Part shown: positions 18,524 to 27,589 of the stretch, one piece after another
Numbering within the stretch: the first letter of the stretch is position 1
Layout of the letters: each line of letters starts with the position of its first letter
Assembly: GCA_040767965.1 (NCBI GenBank)
Contig: JAXGNR010000004.1
Span: 192,001 to 256,000 of the forward strand
DNA: 64,000 nt
From: Atribacterota bacterium
GTDB lineage: Bacteria; Atribacterota; Phoenicimicrobiia; Phoenicimicrobiales; Stramentimicrobiaceae
Reading direction: 5' to 3'
Notes under the pieces: model-generated
Database searches by the model: none
Seen by the model: the letters and a program-made list of their open reading frames with translations, nothing else
What the model was told of the DNA's origin: nothing
Translations under genes and position numbers: made by a program

Positions 18524-18928
18524 ATGGCAAAGATAACAGAAATAGAAGGAGTAGGAGAGGTTAATGCCGCGAAACTGAAAAAAGCAGGAATAAGCTCTGT
18601 GGAGAAATTGTTGAAAATTGGAGCTGAACCTGCTGGGCGCAAGGAAATTGCCAGCAAATCAGGATTTGATGAAAAACTAATCCTGAAATGGGTTAATTTT
18701 GCAGACCTTTTCAGAATTAAGGGAGTTGCCAGTGAATATTCCGAATTGCTGGAAGCGGCAGGAGTGGATACAGTAATAGAACTCTCCAAGAGGGTGCCGG
18801 AAAACCTGCAAAAAAAGATGGAAGAAGTAAACCAGCAAAAGAAGCTGGTGAGAAGAATTCCTACCTTGAAAGAAGTGGAAAAATGGGTTAGACAGGCAAA
18901 GGAATTGCCTAGAGGTGTTCATTATTAA
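18524..18928 (+). CDS. DUF4332 helix-hairpin-helix protein
   Basis: IEGVG...KL..AGI, WVN.ADLFRIKGV..EYSELLEAAGVDTV.EL. Confidence 0.8.
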   Translation: MAKITEIEGVGEVNAAKLKKAGISSVEKLLKIGAEPAGRKEIASKSGFDEKLILKWVNFADLFRIKGVASEYSELLEAAGVDTVIELSKRVPENLQKKMEEVNQQKKLVRRIPTLKEVEKWVRQAKELPRGVHY

Positions 18929-18989
18929 ATAAACTATTTTTTAAAAATAGCAGTCACCTTTTAATATTAATTGTTAATATTTTTATAGT

Positions 18990-19075
18990 TGTTAAATGGT
19001 AAACTATTCTAAAGAATAGGACACAAAACTATGGGTCTAAAGCTATTGCCAGGATTGCCAGGTTGCCAACTATCT
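18990..19075 (+). ncRNA. c-di-GMP-I (GEMM) riboswitch
   Basis: GGTAAAC-TATTC-TAAA-GAATAG-GACACAAAAC..GGGTCTAAAG...GCCAGGTTGCC follows the GEMM-I layout, with compensatory GT/AC pairing. Confidence 0.8.
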
Positions 19076-19175
19076 TTTTATTTCTTGAAAATAAATATTT
19101 ATCAAGCATAGTGTTTATAATATAATTGTTTTAGAAATGTGATAATAAAAATATAGATTAAAGGATTTTTAACAG

Positions 19176-19871
19176 ATGTCTGTTGCAGAAAATTTTCAGA
19201 AGATAAGATCGGGAATTCCTTCTCATGTCAAAATTGTCGCAGCTGCCAAAACACGCACAACAGGAGAAGTAGAAGAATTAATTAAAGCAGGAATAACCGA
19301 TATTGGGGAAAACTATGTGCAGGAAGCTGAAGAAATAATAAAATCTCTAAAGCCGGAACTGATTGAAAAAGTGAATTGGCATTTAATTGGTCATTTACAA
19401 AAAAATAAAATAAATAAAGCACTGCCTATTTTTAATTTAATTCAAAGCGTAGATTCCTTAGACTTAGCCAGAGAGATAAATAAGAGAGTGCAAAAGGCAG
19501 GAAAGGAATATATTTCTATTTTACTGGAAATAAATATTGGCAGCGAATTTTCCAAACATGGAATCCAACCTGATAAGAGCAATAACATAGATTTTGAGGA
19601 ATATATAGAAAAATTAGCCAGAGAGATTTCACTGCTTCCAGGGATCCGCATGGAGGGATTGATGACCATGGGACCTCAATTTGATGACCCTGAAAAATTA
19701 CGTCCATTTTTTAAAAAAACGAAAAAAATTTTTACCAGATTAGCAACATTAAATTTGGAGAGGCTTAATATGAAATATTTATCAATGGGTATGAGCAACT
19801 CTTATAAGGTGGCAATTGAAGAAGGTGCTAACATGGTAAGGATTGGAACTGCTATTTTTGGTCCCAGATAG
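19176..19871 (+). CDS. yggS: PLP homeostasis protein YggS/PROSC
   Basis: AAAKT, GENYVQE, WHLIGHLQKNK, SVDS, GLMTM, LSMGMS, VRIGTAIFG. Confidence 0.95.
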   Translation: MSVAENFQKIRSGIPSHVKIVAAAKTRTTGEVEELIKAGITDIGENYVQEAEEIIKSLKPELIEKVNWHLIGHLQKNKINKALPIFNLIQSVDSLDLAREINKRVQKAGKEYISILLEINIGSEFSKHGIQPDKSNNIDFEEYIEKLAREISLLPGIRMEGLMTMGPQFDDPEKLRPFFKKTKKIFTRLATLNLERLNMKYLSMGMSNSYKVAIEEGANMVRIGTAIFGPR

Positions 19872-20001
19872 CTTTCTTTAAAAACAGTTATAAAATAAGA
19901 AAAATTATAATTATAAAAGATTTTAATTTGGAATATTTAAGATTAAGCATAATAAATTATATAGTTAGAATATTAGAGTGAAAATGAAAGGGGAGTTTAA
20001 T

Positions 20002-21030
20002 ATGAGAAAAAAATTTTACCTGATACAAATAATGTTATTTTGTATATTTTTAGTTGTTTTTACAGTTAATTCCTTTGCAAATAATGTTAATTTTGTCATT
20101 AAACAGATGGAAGAAAGTTACAGCAAACAAATGAGCGGGATTGATGATATGACAATTGTACAAGGGATGGATGCCGGATTTTTTAATGTAAAAGCAATAA
20201 CCTATCAAAAAAAGGATATTGTAAACAATAATGAAATTTTCAAATACCGGACTGAAACAGAAGTAATGGACATGAATACTGTAACAATTTATGATGGACT
20301 ATATACCTGGTCTAACGACCCACTCAGTGGAGAAGTTGAACAGAAAGAAGGAGGAATTGATCCTTTGCAGGTATGGAAAATATTTGATCCTGATAAAATG
20401 CAGTATTTAGGTGAAGAAAAAGTTAATGACAAGGATGCCTATGTAGTACAGTTGGATGGTGCAATCTGGATGATGGGGCAGGAGGAAATTGCCAGTCAGA
20501 ACATGTCCGAAGAGGCTGAAGAAATGGAAATGCAAAGTATTTACTGGATTGATAAAAGTCAATTTATCCCCTTGAAATCAAGAAATATAATGAAAACCAC
20601 TACAATTGAAGATGGTGAAACAGTTATTGTTAATACAGTATCAGATGTTCAATTCTTAGATTACCGACTTGCTGGTTCAATGCTTATCCCCTACAAAGTA
20701 GTCATTTCAACTGAAATGGAAATTGATGACCCGACAATGAGTGAAGAAGAAAAGAAAATGGCCCAATCTATGATGAGCAGTATGGGAATGGGAGAAATGG
20801 AAATGACAGTCCAAAGTGTTGAGATAAATAAAGGATTATCTGATGACCTTTTTGATGGTACAAAATTGGAACCAACAGAAGGTATGCTGAAGCAAATGCC
20901 AGGTACCGAAGAAGGACAGAAAAGTTCAACCGGAGTACTTGACGAAATAGAGTCAATGTCTGAAGAAGACATCAGTCAGATGTTAGAAGGATTTATGGAT
21001 ATGATTAAAGATTTTGCCCCTAAAGAATAA
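20002..21030 (+). CDS. Exported LolA-like/lipoprotein-sorting-fold protein, acidic and Met-rich
   Basis: Signal peptide SFA; YDG.YTW, YLGEEKVNDKDAYVV, YWIDK, VEINKGLSDDLF; SD GGGAG before ATG 20002. Confidence 0.6.
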   Translation: MRKKFYLIQIMLFCIFLVVFTVNSFANNVNFVIKQMEESYSKQMSGIDDMTIVQGMDAGFFNVKAITYQKKDIVNNNEIFKYRTETEVMDMNTVTIYDGLYTWSNDPLSGEVEQKEGGIDPLQVWKIFDPDKMQYLGEEKVNDKDAYVVQLDGAIWMMGQEEIASQNMSEEAEEMEMQSIYWIDKSQFIPLKSRNIMKTTTIEDGETVIVNTVSDVQFLDYRLAGSMLIPYKVVISTEMEIDDPTMSEEEKKMAQSMMSSMGMGEMEMTVQSVEINKGLSDDLFDGTKLEPTEGMLKQMPGTEEGQKSSTGVLDEIESMSEEDISQMLEGFMDMIKDFAPKE

Positions 21031-21118
21031 TAATTGAGTTTATTTTACTTTTGCTAAATATACCTGTTTGGTTATTCTTTAGTTATCATCTTAGCTTGTA
21101 ACAAAACAAATAAATTAT

Positions 21119-21176
21119 GAAGAATCGATAGGTCGAACATTAAAGGCTAAAAAGCTTCTCCTATCGATTCTTCTTT
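21119..21176 (+). terminator. Hairpin, terminator-like, between the LolA-like gene and rlmN
   Basis: gaagaatcgatagg / cctatcgattcttc 14-bp stem then ttt. Confidence 0.5.
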
Positions 21177-21195
21177 AAAATCGGCATAATTAAAT

Positions 21196-22245
21196 ATGAA
21201 AATAAAAAATAAAATACAAAATATTTCCTTAAAAGAATTAGGAGATAATCTTGCAGAGGTAAATTTCCCTTCTTTTCGCGCCAAACAGGTTTTTGACTGG
21301 ATTTATAAGAAAAATGCTAGCTCTTATGATGAAATGCTGAATCTGCCAGCTAATCTTCGGGATTGGCTAAAAGAAAACTTACAGCTTGCCGAGATTGAAT
21401 GTCTTAAAAGACAAAAATCACAGGATAATTCTGAAAAATTATTATTTAGAATCGACAATCGTTATTTATTGGAAACTGTATTAATAAGAGGGAAAAAGAG
21501 AAATACTGTCTGTCTTTCATCTCAAATAGGATGTGCAAGAAACTGTCTTTTTTGTGCAACAGGCAAAGATGGCCTTCAGAAGAATTTAGAACCCGCAGAT
21601 ATAATTAATCAAATTTTAGCTGTTCAAAAAATTACCCAGGAAAAAATAAGCAATGTGGTTTTTATGGGAATGGGAGAACCTTTTGACAATTATCAGAATG
21701 TTTTAAAATCAATTCAAATTATTAATCATCAGCAGGGTATAAACATAGGAGCCCGTAAGATTACTATTTCTACCTGCGGAATCATCCCTGGTATAATTCA
21801 GTTGACTAATTGCCCGTTACAAATTGAACTTTCTGTTTCTCTTCATTCTGCTGATGATAAAGTTCGAACTTACTTAATGCCTGTAAACAAAAAATATCCT
21901 CTCAAAAAACTATTACAAACCTGCAGAAGATATGTGGAAAAAAAGAATCGCCAGATTACTTTTGAATATTTGATGTTGAAAGGAATTAACGATTCTATGG
22001 AAGACGCTTTTCAATTATGCAAACTGATTGCAGGGTTCGATGCCAAAATAAATTTAATTGCCTATAATGATATTGAAAATAAAACTAACTTAATTCCCTC
22101 TGCCAAAGATACTATCCTTTCATTTCAGAAGATATTAATAAAAAATCATATTCCTGCTACAATAAGATATTCAAAAGGAGCCGATATAAAAGCTGCGTGC
22201 GGGCAATTAAGAAAGATACATTCTCAAAGCAATAAAAACAGCTAA
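21196..22245 (+). CDS. rlmN: Dual-specificity 23S rRNA/tRNA m2A methyltransferase RlmN
   Basis: FRAKQ..W, CLSSQIGCARNCLFCATG, FMGMGEP, SLH, AACGQL. Confidence 0.95.
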   Translation: MKIKNKIQNISLKELGDNLAEVNFPSFRAKQVFDWIYKKNASSYDEMLNLPANLRDWLKENLQLAEIECLKRQKSQDNSEKLLFRIDNRYLLETVLIRGKKRNTVCLSSQIGCARNCLFCATGKDGLQKNLEPADIINQILAVQKITQEKISNVVFMGMGEPFDNYQNVLKSIQIINHQQGINIGARKITISTCGIIPGIIQLTNCPLQIELSVSLHSADDKVRTYLMPVNKKYPLKKLLQTCRRYVEKKNRQITFEYLMLKGINDSMEDAFQLCKLIAGFDAKINLIAYNDIENKTNLIPSAKDTILSFQKILIKNHIPATIRYSKGADIKAACGQLRKIHSQSNKNS

Positions 22246-22278
22246 TAGTAGATAATCAGAACTGTAAAATATAATATC

Positions 22279-22306
22279 TTGACTTTCGTTTGATATCTGT
22301 TATACT
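22279..22306 (+). promoter_or_regulatory. sigma70 promoter of tRNA gene
   Basis: TTGACT-N16-TATACT with extended TG. Confidence 0.7.
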
Positions 22307-22326
22307 TTTAAAGGAGTATTTTCTTA

Positions 22327-22402
22327 GGGCCCATAGCTCAGCTGGTAGAGCAGCCGGCTCATAACCGGCCGGTCCCTGGTTCGAATCCGGGTGGGCCCAC
22401 CA
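22327..22402 (+). tRNA. tRNA anticodon CAT, probably tRNA-Ile2 (lysidine), alternatively elongator Met
   Basis: GGGCCCA/TGGGCCC acceptor stem, TAGCTCAG D-arm, CTCATAA loop, GGTTCGAATCC T-arm, encoded CCA; 76 nt; resembles Ile2 tRNAs. Confidence 0.93.
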
Positions 22403-22514
22403 AATAATCAAATATCTGTTATAAAAGAGTTCTTATGAAAAAAAACCGCTTAAAATTATTCAAAATATCCAATAAATTAAAAAAAGATAATAAAGCTGAC
22501 TTGGCTATATTTAT

Positions 22515-22556
22515 AAAAGCCTTACTTTAAAATAAAATTTAAAGTAAGGCTTTTTT
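22515..22556 (+). terminator. Intrinsic terminator after tRNA
   Basis: aaaagccttactttaaa / tttaaagtaaggctttt then T-tract. Confidence 0.75.
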
Positions 22557-22606
22557 GTTTATATAAAAGCCTTAAATGAGAGTATTAACTTGAAAGGAGT
22601 AGTTTA

Positions 22607-23326
22607 TTGAAAGAACAGTTGCATGCCTTGCTATTACTACAGGAAATAGATACACAAATTAATAGAGAAGAAGAGAAGCAAAAACAGTTGCCTGCTAAAA
22701 TAAAGGAAATACAGAATATAATAGCAGGAATAGAAAGTAGAAAAAATATTGGAAATGAAAACCTGAAATCAATACAACTAAAAATAAAAAGAAGAGAAAT
22801 AGATGCCAAGGCAATTGATACAAAAATTGAAAAACATCAAAATGAGCTATATGGCGGAAAAACAAGTGATATTAAAGAGTTAAAACAATTGCAAAAGGTA
22901 ATAGAATTATTAAAAGCAGACAGAGACAAAGTTGAAGAAGATCTGCTAATAATTATGGATCAGGAAGATGATTTAAAAGCAGAGTTGCAAAAAATAGAAC
23001 AGGAATTATCTCAGGCAAAAAATCAACTGCAAAAAATAGAGCAAGATATGAATAAGCAGGAAAAAGAAATAAGTGCCTTTATTGAGCAAAAAACACAGGA
23101 AAGAAAGAAAATTATCAGCAGCATCAATAACGAGGATTTAATAAATAGATATAATATGCTCTGGCAAGAAAAAGAAGGCTTGGTTTTAACTGAAATCGAA
23201 GGATCTATTTGCAGTGGCTGTAACCTGTCTTTGCCCAGTGATATTATTTACCAGCTGCAAAAAAACAGTGTATTGATAACCTGCCCTAATTGTAATAGAA
23301 TATTACTGTGGAAAGAAAATAAATAA
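22607..23326 (+). CDS. Coiled-coil protein with C-terminal C4 zinc ribbon (zf-RING_7/CT398-like)
   Basis: L..LQEID N-terminus, long coiled coil, CSGC...CPNCNRIL. Confidence 0.88.
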   Translation: MKEQLHALLLLQEIDTQINREEEKQKQLPAKIKEIQNIIAGIESRKNIGNENLKSIQLKIKRREIDAKAIDTKIEKHQNELYGGKTSDIKELKQLQKVIELLKADRDKVEEDLLIIMDQEDDLKAELQKIEQELSQAKNQLQKIEQDMNKQEKEISAFIEQKTQERKKIISSINNEDLINRYNMLWQEKEGLVLTEIEGSICSGCNLSLPSDIIYQLQKNSVLITCPNCNRILLWKENK

Positions 23327-23333
23327 ATGTTTG

Positions 23334-23690
23334 CTGGCAAGTGAACCAGGTAATCGCAGGCTTAGCAATAAGCTTGAGGAAAGTCCGAGCTCCAAAGGGC
23401 AAGATGCTGGGTAACTCCCAGTAAGGGTGACCTTAGGAAAGTGCTACAGAAAAGAAAACAGCCAATATGGCAATGGTGAAAAGGTAGGGTAAGAGCCTAC
23501 CAGTTATTGGGTGACCAATAAGCTTAGCAAACCCCATCTGGAGCAAGATCAAGAAGGAAACAATTAGTTGCCCGCTAGAAGTTTCCGGGTAGATCGCTAG
23601 AAGCAGAGGGTAACCTCTGTTCAAGATAGATGATTACCGCATCATATTTTTAATATGGTGACAGAACTCGGCTTATGATTCACTTGCCAG
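23334..23690 (+). ncRNA. rnpB: RNase P RNA
   Basis: GAGGAAAGTCCGAGC, GGAAAGTGCTACAGAAA, GGTAAGAGC, AAACCCC..GGAGCAAG, ACAGAACTCGGCTTA; P1 ends CTGGCAAGTGAA/TTCACTTGCCAG. Confidence 0.97.
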
Positions 23691-23902
23691 AAAATAGATA
23701 ATTATTATTTCCCGAAACTACTCATAAAACCCCAGAAAAAATCTTTACTTAAATGAATATTTTTTATTCTCCAAAAATTATTTTTTGTTATTTGTATTAT
23801 TTTAAAATATTATTCCAATTTTCATTAAAATATCCAAAATCTTGAAAAAAATTTTTTAAAAAAAAAGAGGATTTTTTTATTTAAATGTAGTATACTGTCT
23901 TT

Positions 23903-23930
23903 AAGTGGAGGAAAGTGGAGGAAAGTGGAA
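23903..23930 (+). promoter_or_regulatory. MraZ-binding direct repeats
   Basis: AAGTGGAGGA x2 plus AAGTGGAA; GTGG cores at 23905/23915/23925 (10-bp period), just after a TATACT -10 at 23891. Confidence 0.88.
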
Positions 23931-23931
23931 A

Positions 23932-24375
23932 ATGATTTTCCTTGGTCAGTATGAACATTCCCTGGATAAAAAAGGCAGGATCATTATGCCTTCCAATTTT
24001 CGAGAAGATTTGGGAGAAAATTTTGTTGTCACTTTTGGTTTAGACAAATGCCTTTTTGTATACCCGATGGAAGAATGGCAGAAGCTGGCCAACAGCTTAC
24101 AAGGATTACCTTTGGGTAAAAAAGACGCACGCTCTTTTAAAAGAACTTTAGCATCCAGAGCATTAATCAGTAAGTTTGACCTGCAAGGAAGAGTAGTTCT
24201 TTCCAAGCATTTAAGAGATTATGCAGAAATAAGCAAAAATGTCATGATAATCGGTGTCTTTGAACGAATAGAAATATGGGATTTAGAGAAATGGCAGGGT
24301 TATGCTGAAGAAACCGAAAAATCGTACGAAGATATCGCAGAACGCATTTATGAAAAAGAAGGGCCGGATTCATGA
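23932..24375 (+). CDS. mraZ: Division/cell-wall cluster repressor MraZ
   Basis: FLGQYEHSLDKKGR, D.QGR, IGV.ERIEIW; ATG 23932 preferred over GTG 23905. Confidence 0.96.
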   Translation: MIFLGQYEHSLDKKGRIIMPSNFREDLGENFVVTFGLDKCLFVYPMEEWQKLANSLQGLPLGKKDARSFKRTLASRALISKFDLQGRVVLSKHLRDYAEISKNVMIIGVFERIEIWDLEKWQGYAEETEKSYEDIAERIYEKEGPDS

Positions 24376-25328
24376 TCGATTATCATGAACCGGTAATGTG
24401 TTCACAAGTTCTAAATTACTTAATAACTAAAAAAAATGGAATTTATTTAGATTGCACTTTAGGAGGAGGTGGTCATTCTCAAAAAATATTAGAGATTATT
24501 TATCCGGAAGGGTATCTGATTGGCTTGGACCAGGATATTGATGCATTAGAATATGCCAGAATAAAACTAAAAAAATATGAAGACAGATTAATGATAATTA
24601 AAAGTAATTTTAAAGATTTACGATTGCTTTTAAGTGAAATAAATTTCATGCAGATTACCGGTATTTTATTTGATCTGGGTTTATCTTCACACCAACTTGA
24701 TAATCGTTCCAGAGGTTTTAGTTTTATGGGCGACCATTTGCTGGATATGAGAATGGATTTAAGTAGCCAATTTACTGCTTATGATGTAATAAACGGTTAT
24801 ACTGAGCAGGAATTATGGGATATTTTCAGCAGATATGGAGAAGAACGTTTTTCTCGCTCCATAGCAAAAATAATCGTGGAAGAAAGAAAAAAAAATCCCA
24901 TTAAATCAACCACCCAGCTGGCTGATCTGGTAAAAAGACCTTATGTAAAATATAAGAAAAATAAATGGCGGATTCATCCAGCAACAAAAATATTCCAGGC
25001 CTTGAGAATCGAAGTAAATGATGAATTGAAGGTTTTACAGCAAGCATTACAGGATTCAATATCAATACTGGAACCGCAGGGAAGAATTTGCGTGTTAGCA
25101 TATCATTCTCTGGAAGACAGAATAGCCAAACATACTTTTAAAGATTATTCAAAAAAAGAAACGATTAACAAAAATGGTTACGGTTTAAAAATATTATCAA
25201 AAAAGCCATTTTATCCTACAAAAGATGAAATTGAAAAAAACCAAAGAGCCCGTAGTGCAAAAATGAGAGTTGCCGAGAAAATCTTTTTAGAGGAAGTATC
25301 TAAAAATGAAAAATATCATGCTGATTGA
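24372..25328 (+). CDS. rsmH: 16S rRNA C1402 methyltransferase RsmH
   Basis: H.PVM, DCTLGGGGHS, DLGLSSHQLD..RGFSF, FQALRIEVN, YHSLEDR. Confidence 0.97.
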   Translation: MIDYHEPVMCSQVLNYLITKKNGIYLDCTLGGGGHSQKILEIIYPEGYLIGLDQDIDALEYARIKLKKYEDRLMIIKSNFKDLRLLLSEINFMQITGILFDLGLSSHQLDNRSRGFSFMGDHLLDMRMDLSSQFTAYDVINGYTEQELWDIFSRYGEERFSRSIAKIIVEERKKNPIKSTTQLADLVKRPYVKYKKNKWRIHPATKIFQALRIEVNDELKVLQQALQDSISILEPQGRICVLAYHSLEDRIAKHTFKDYSKKETINKNGYGLKILSKKPFYPTKDEIEKNQRARSAKMRVAEKIFLEEVSKNEKYHAD

Positions 25329-25746
25329 AGAAAACAATCAATTTCAAAGAAAAAATCACAAGGTATCATTTTATATATTTTTATTTATTATATTTGTAGT
25401 CGGTTTAATGGTTATTGGTTATATATGCAGTAATATTGCATTGATGAAACTAGGATATCAATCAATTGATTTAGAGCAAAAAAGAGACTACTTTTTAAAG
25501 GAAAATGCTCAAATGGAATATTCTGTTGAATGTCTGTCTTCATTAACCAGGATAGAGCAAATTGCTTGTGAGGAATTAGGAATGCGCAGGGCAGAGAATA
25601 TAGAATTTATAGCAATGGTTCCTGCTAAAATAAATACCGAAATGGTAGCAAGCAAGCCAGCAGGGGAAATGCAACAAACAGATTATCTGGAAGCAGGCAG
25701 TCTATTCAGGGAATTTGCCAGTTTACAAATATTTAGAAATCAATAG
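25306..25746 (+). CDS. ftsL: Cell division protein FtsL-like
   Basis: Single TM + coiled coil, LSSLTRIEQIA..ELGM; position between rsmH and ftsI. Confidence 0.8.
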   Translation: MKNIMLIEENNQFQRKNHKVSFYIFLFIIFVVGLMVIGYICSNIALMKLGYQSIDLEQKRDYFLKENAQMEYSVECLSSLTRIEQIACEELGMRRAENIEFIAMVPAKINTEMVASKPAGEMQQTDYLEAGSLFREFASLQIFRNQ

Positions 25747-25797
25747 AATATTAGCATAAGAACAGAAGAATAGAATTGGACAAACGAGGCTAAGAAA

Positions 25798-27480
25798 TTG
25801 TTTCAATTGGTTGAAAAAAAGAAAAGAGTTCAATTATTAACTTTCGGTTTTATTATAATTTTTTTTATATTAATTTACCGTCTCTTTCAAATACAAATTG
25901 TGGAGGGCAGTAAGCTAAGTGAGCTTGCACGGAAAGAACATGTGGTTTCTTATGTACTGGATGGTAAAAGAGGAGCCATTTTTGATCGTAATATGAAAAG
26001 ATTAGCGGTAAATGTGGATGCCCAATCTTTATTTGCTATTCCTTATAAAATTGAAAATTCAGATGAAACAGCAAAGGTTCTTGCTGAAAAGACTGGATTA
26101 AAATACCAGAATATAAAAGACCAATTAGAAAAAGAAAGATATTTTGTCTGGATACAAAGAAAGCTGTCTTCTGAAAAATATCAAGAAATAGAAGAACTCG
26201 GATTAGAAGGAATTGATTTTGTAACAGAAAGTACCCGTTATTATCCTAAAGATTTTCTGGCTGCCAATTTACTGGGTTTTGTAGGTATCGATAATCAGGG
26301 ATTGGAGGGTCTGGAGATGTTTTTTGAGAAGGAATTAGAAAGCATACCTGGTTTATTGGTAATGGAAAGAGATGCCTCCGGAGCAAAAATTCCTTTAAGT
26401 ATGGAAAAGATGCAGCCATCCAAAGACGGTAATTCAATTGTATTGACTATAGATGAAGTTTTGCAATATATTACCGAAGAAGCATTAGAAGAAGCTTATC
26501 AGCAGTATCGTCCCAAATCTGCTGTTGCTATTGTAGTCAATCCCAAAACAGGAGAAATTTTAAGCCTGGCAGTAAGACCTACTTACAATCTAAATAATTT
26601 CCAAAATATCCCAAAAGATTTATGGAAAAACCGCGCTATAACCGATAGCTATGAACCAGGGTCTACATTTAAAATATTTACAATTGCTACAGCATTAGAG
26701 AATAATTATGCAAGTTTAAATGATCATTTTAACTGCAAAGGTTCAATAAGATTTCAGGGAACTGTTATCCGTGATATCGATCCTCATGGATACCAGGATT
26801 TGACTGAAGTGATGAAAAATTCCTGTAATGTAGGAGTAATTGAAGTAGGGATTAGAATGGATGAAAAAATTTTTGCAGACACAATACGGAATTTTGGCTT
26901 TGGTCAGCTAACTGATGTGCAGATGCCCGGTGAGGCAGCAGGATTATTCAGGCCTGTAGAACAGTGGTCTAAACTTTCTATCGCTTCCCTGTCTATAGGA
27001 CAGGAAATTTCCGTTACTCCTTTACAATTAGCCATGGCTACGGCAGCAATAGCCAATGATGGTGTTCTGATGAAACCTTTGATAGTAAAACAGGTACTTG
27101 ATTCAGAGTCTAATATAATCAAAGAATATCATCCTGAGAAAGTAAGGCAGGTTATTTCTCCAAGAACAGCCATGACTATGATGAATATATTAAAAGAAGT
27201 TGTAGATGATGGAACAGGCAGGAGGGCGATGCCTGATAATTATTCAGCAGGCGGGAAAACAGGTACTTCTCAAAAATTTGATTTTTCTTTAGGCAGATAT
27301 TCAAATGAAAAATTTACATCCTGGTTTGTTGGCTTTACACCCAGTCATGATGCCGAGCTTGCTATTCTGGTTATGCTGGATGAACCTAAGGGGAGTTATT
27401 ATGGAGGAACTGTTGCTGCTCCGGTTTTTCAGGAAATAGCCACAAAGGCACTTCCTTATATGTCAATTCCTCCTGAATAA
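25798..27480 (+). CDS. ftsI: Class B penicillin-binding protein FtsI/SpoVD-like (no PASTA)
   Basis: RGAIFDRN, RYYP, YEPGSTFK (SxxK), SCN, KTGT. Confidence 0.92.
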   Translation: MFQLVEKKKRVQLLTFGFIIIFFILIYRLFQIQIVEGSKLSELARKEHVVSYVLDGKRGAIFDRNMKRLAVNVDAQSLFAIPYKIENSDETAKVLAEKTGLKYQNIKDQLEKERYFVWIQRKLSSEKYQEIEELGLEGIDFVTESTRYYPKDFLAANLLGFVGIDNQGLEGLEMFFEKELESIPGLLVMERDASGAKIPLSMEKMQPSKDGNSIVLTIDEVLQYITEEALEEAYQQYRPKSAVAIVVNPKTGEILSLAVRPTYNLNNFQNIPKDLWKNRAITDSYEPGSTFKIFTIATALENNYASLNDHFNCKGSIRFQGTVIRDIDPHGYQDLTEVMKNSCNVGVIEVGIRMDEKIFADTIRNFGFGQLTDVQMPGEAAGLFRPVEQWSKLSIASLSIGQEISVTPLQLAMATAAIANDGVLMKPLIVKQVLDSESNIIKEYHPEKVRQVISPRTAMTMMNILKEVVDDGTGRRAMPDNYSAGGKTGTSQKFDFSLGRYSNEKFTSWFVGFTPSHDAELAILVMLDEPKGSYYGGTVAAPVFQEIATKALPYMSIPPE

Positions 27481-27589
27481 AATAAATTAAAAATTATTTT
27501 ACTTTTTATTATATATTAAGTAAGATATTCCTTGTGTGCACTATCAAGATAAAAAGCAGAAAAATTGAATTCCGGAATAAGGTGGGAAA

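Noticed and set aside
23433-23624. 63-aa minus-strand ORF
   Set aside because: Lies inside the RNase P RNA gene
23905-23931. N-terminal extension MEESGGKWK of MraZ
   Set aside because: It is the translated MraZ operator repeat; the likely start is ATG 23932
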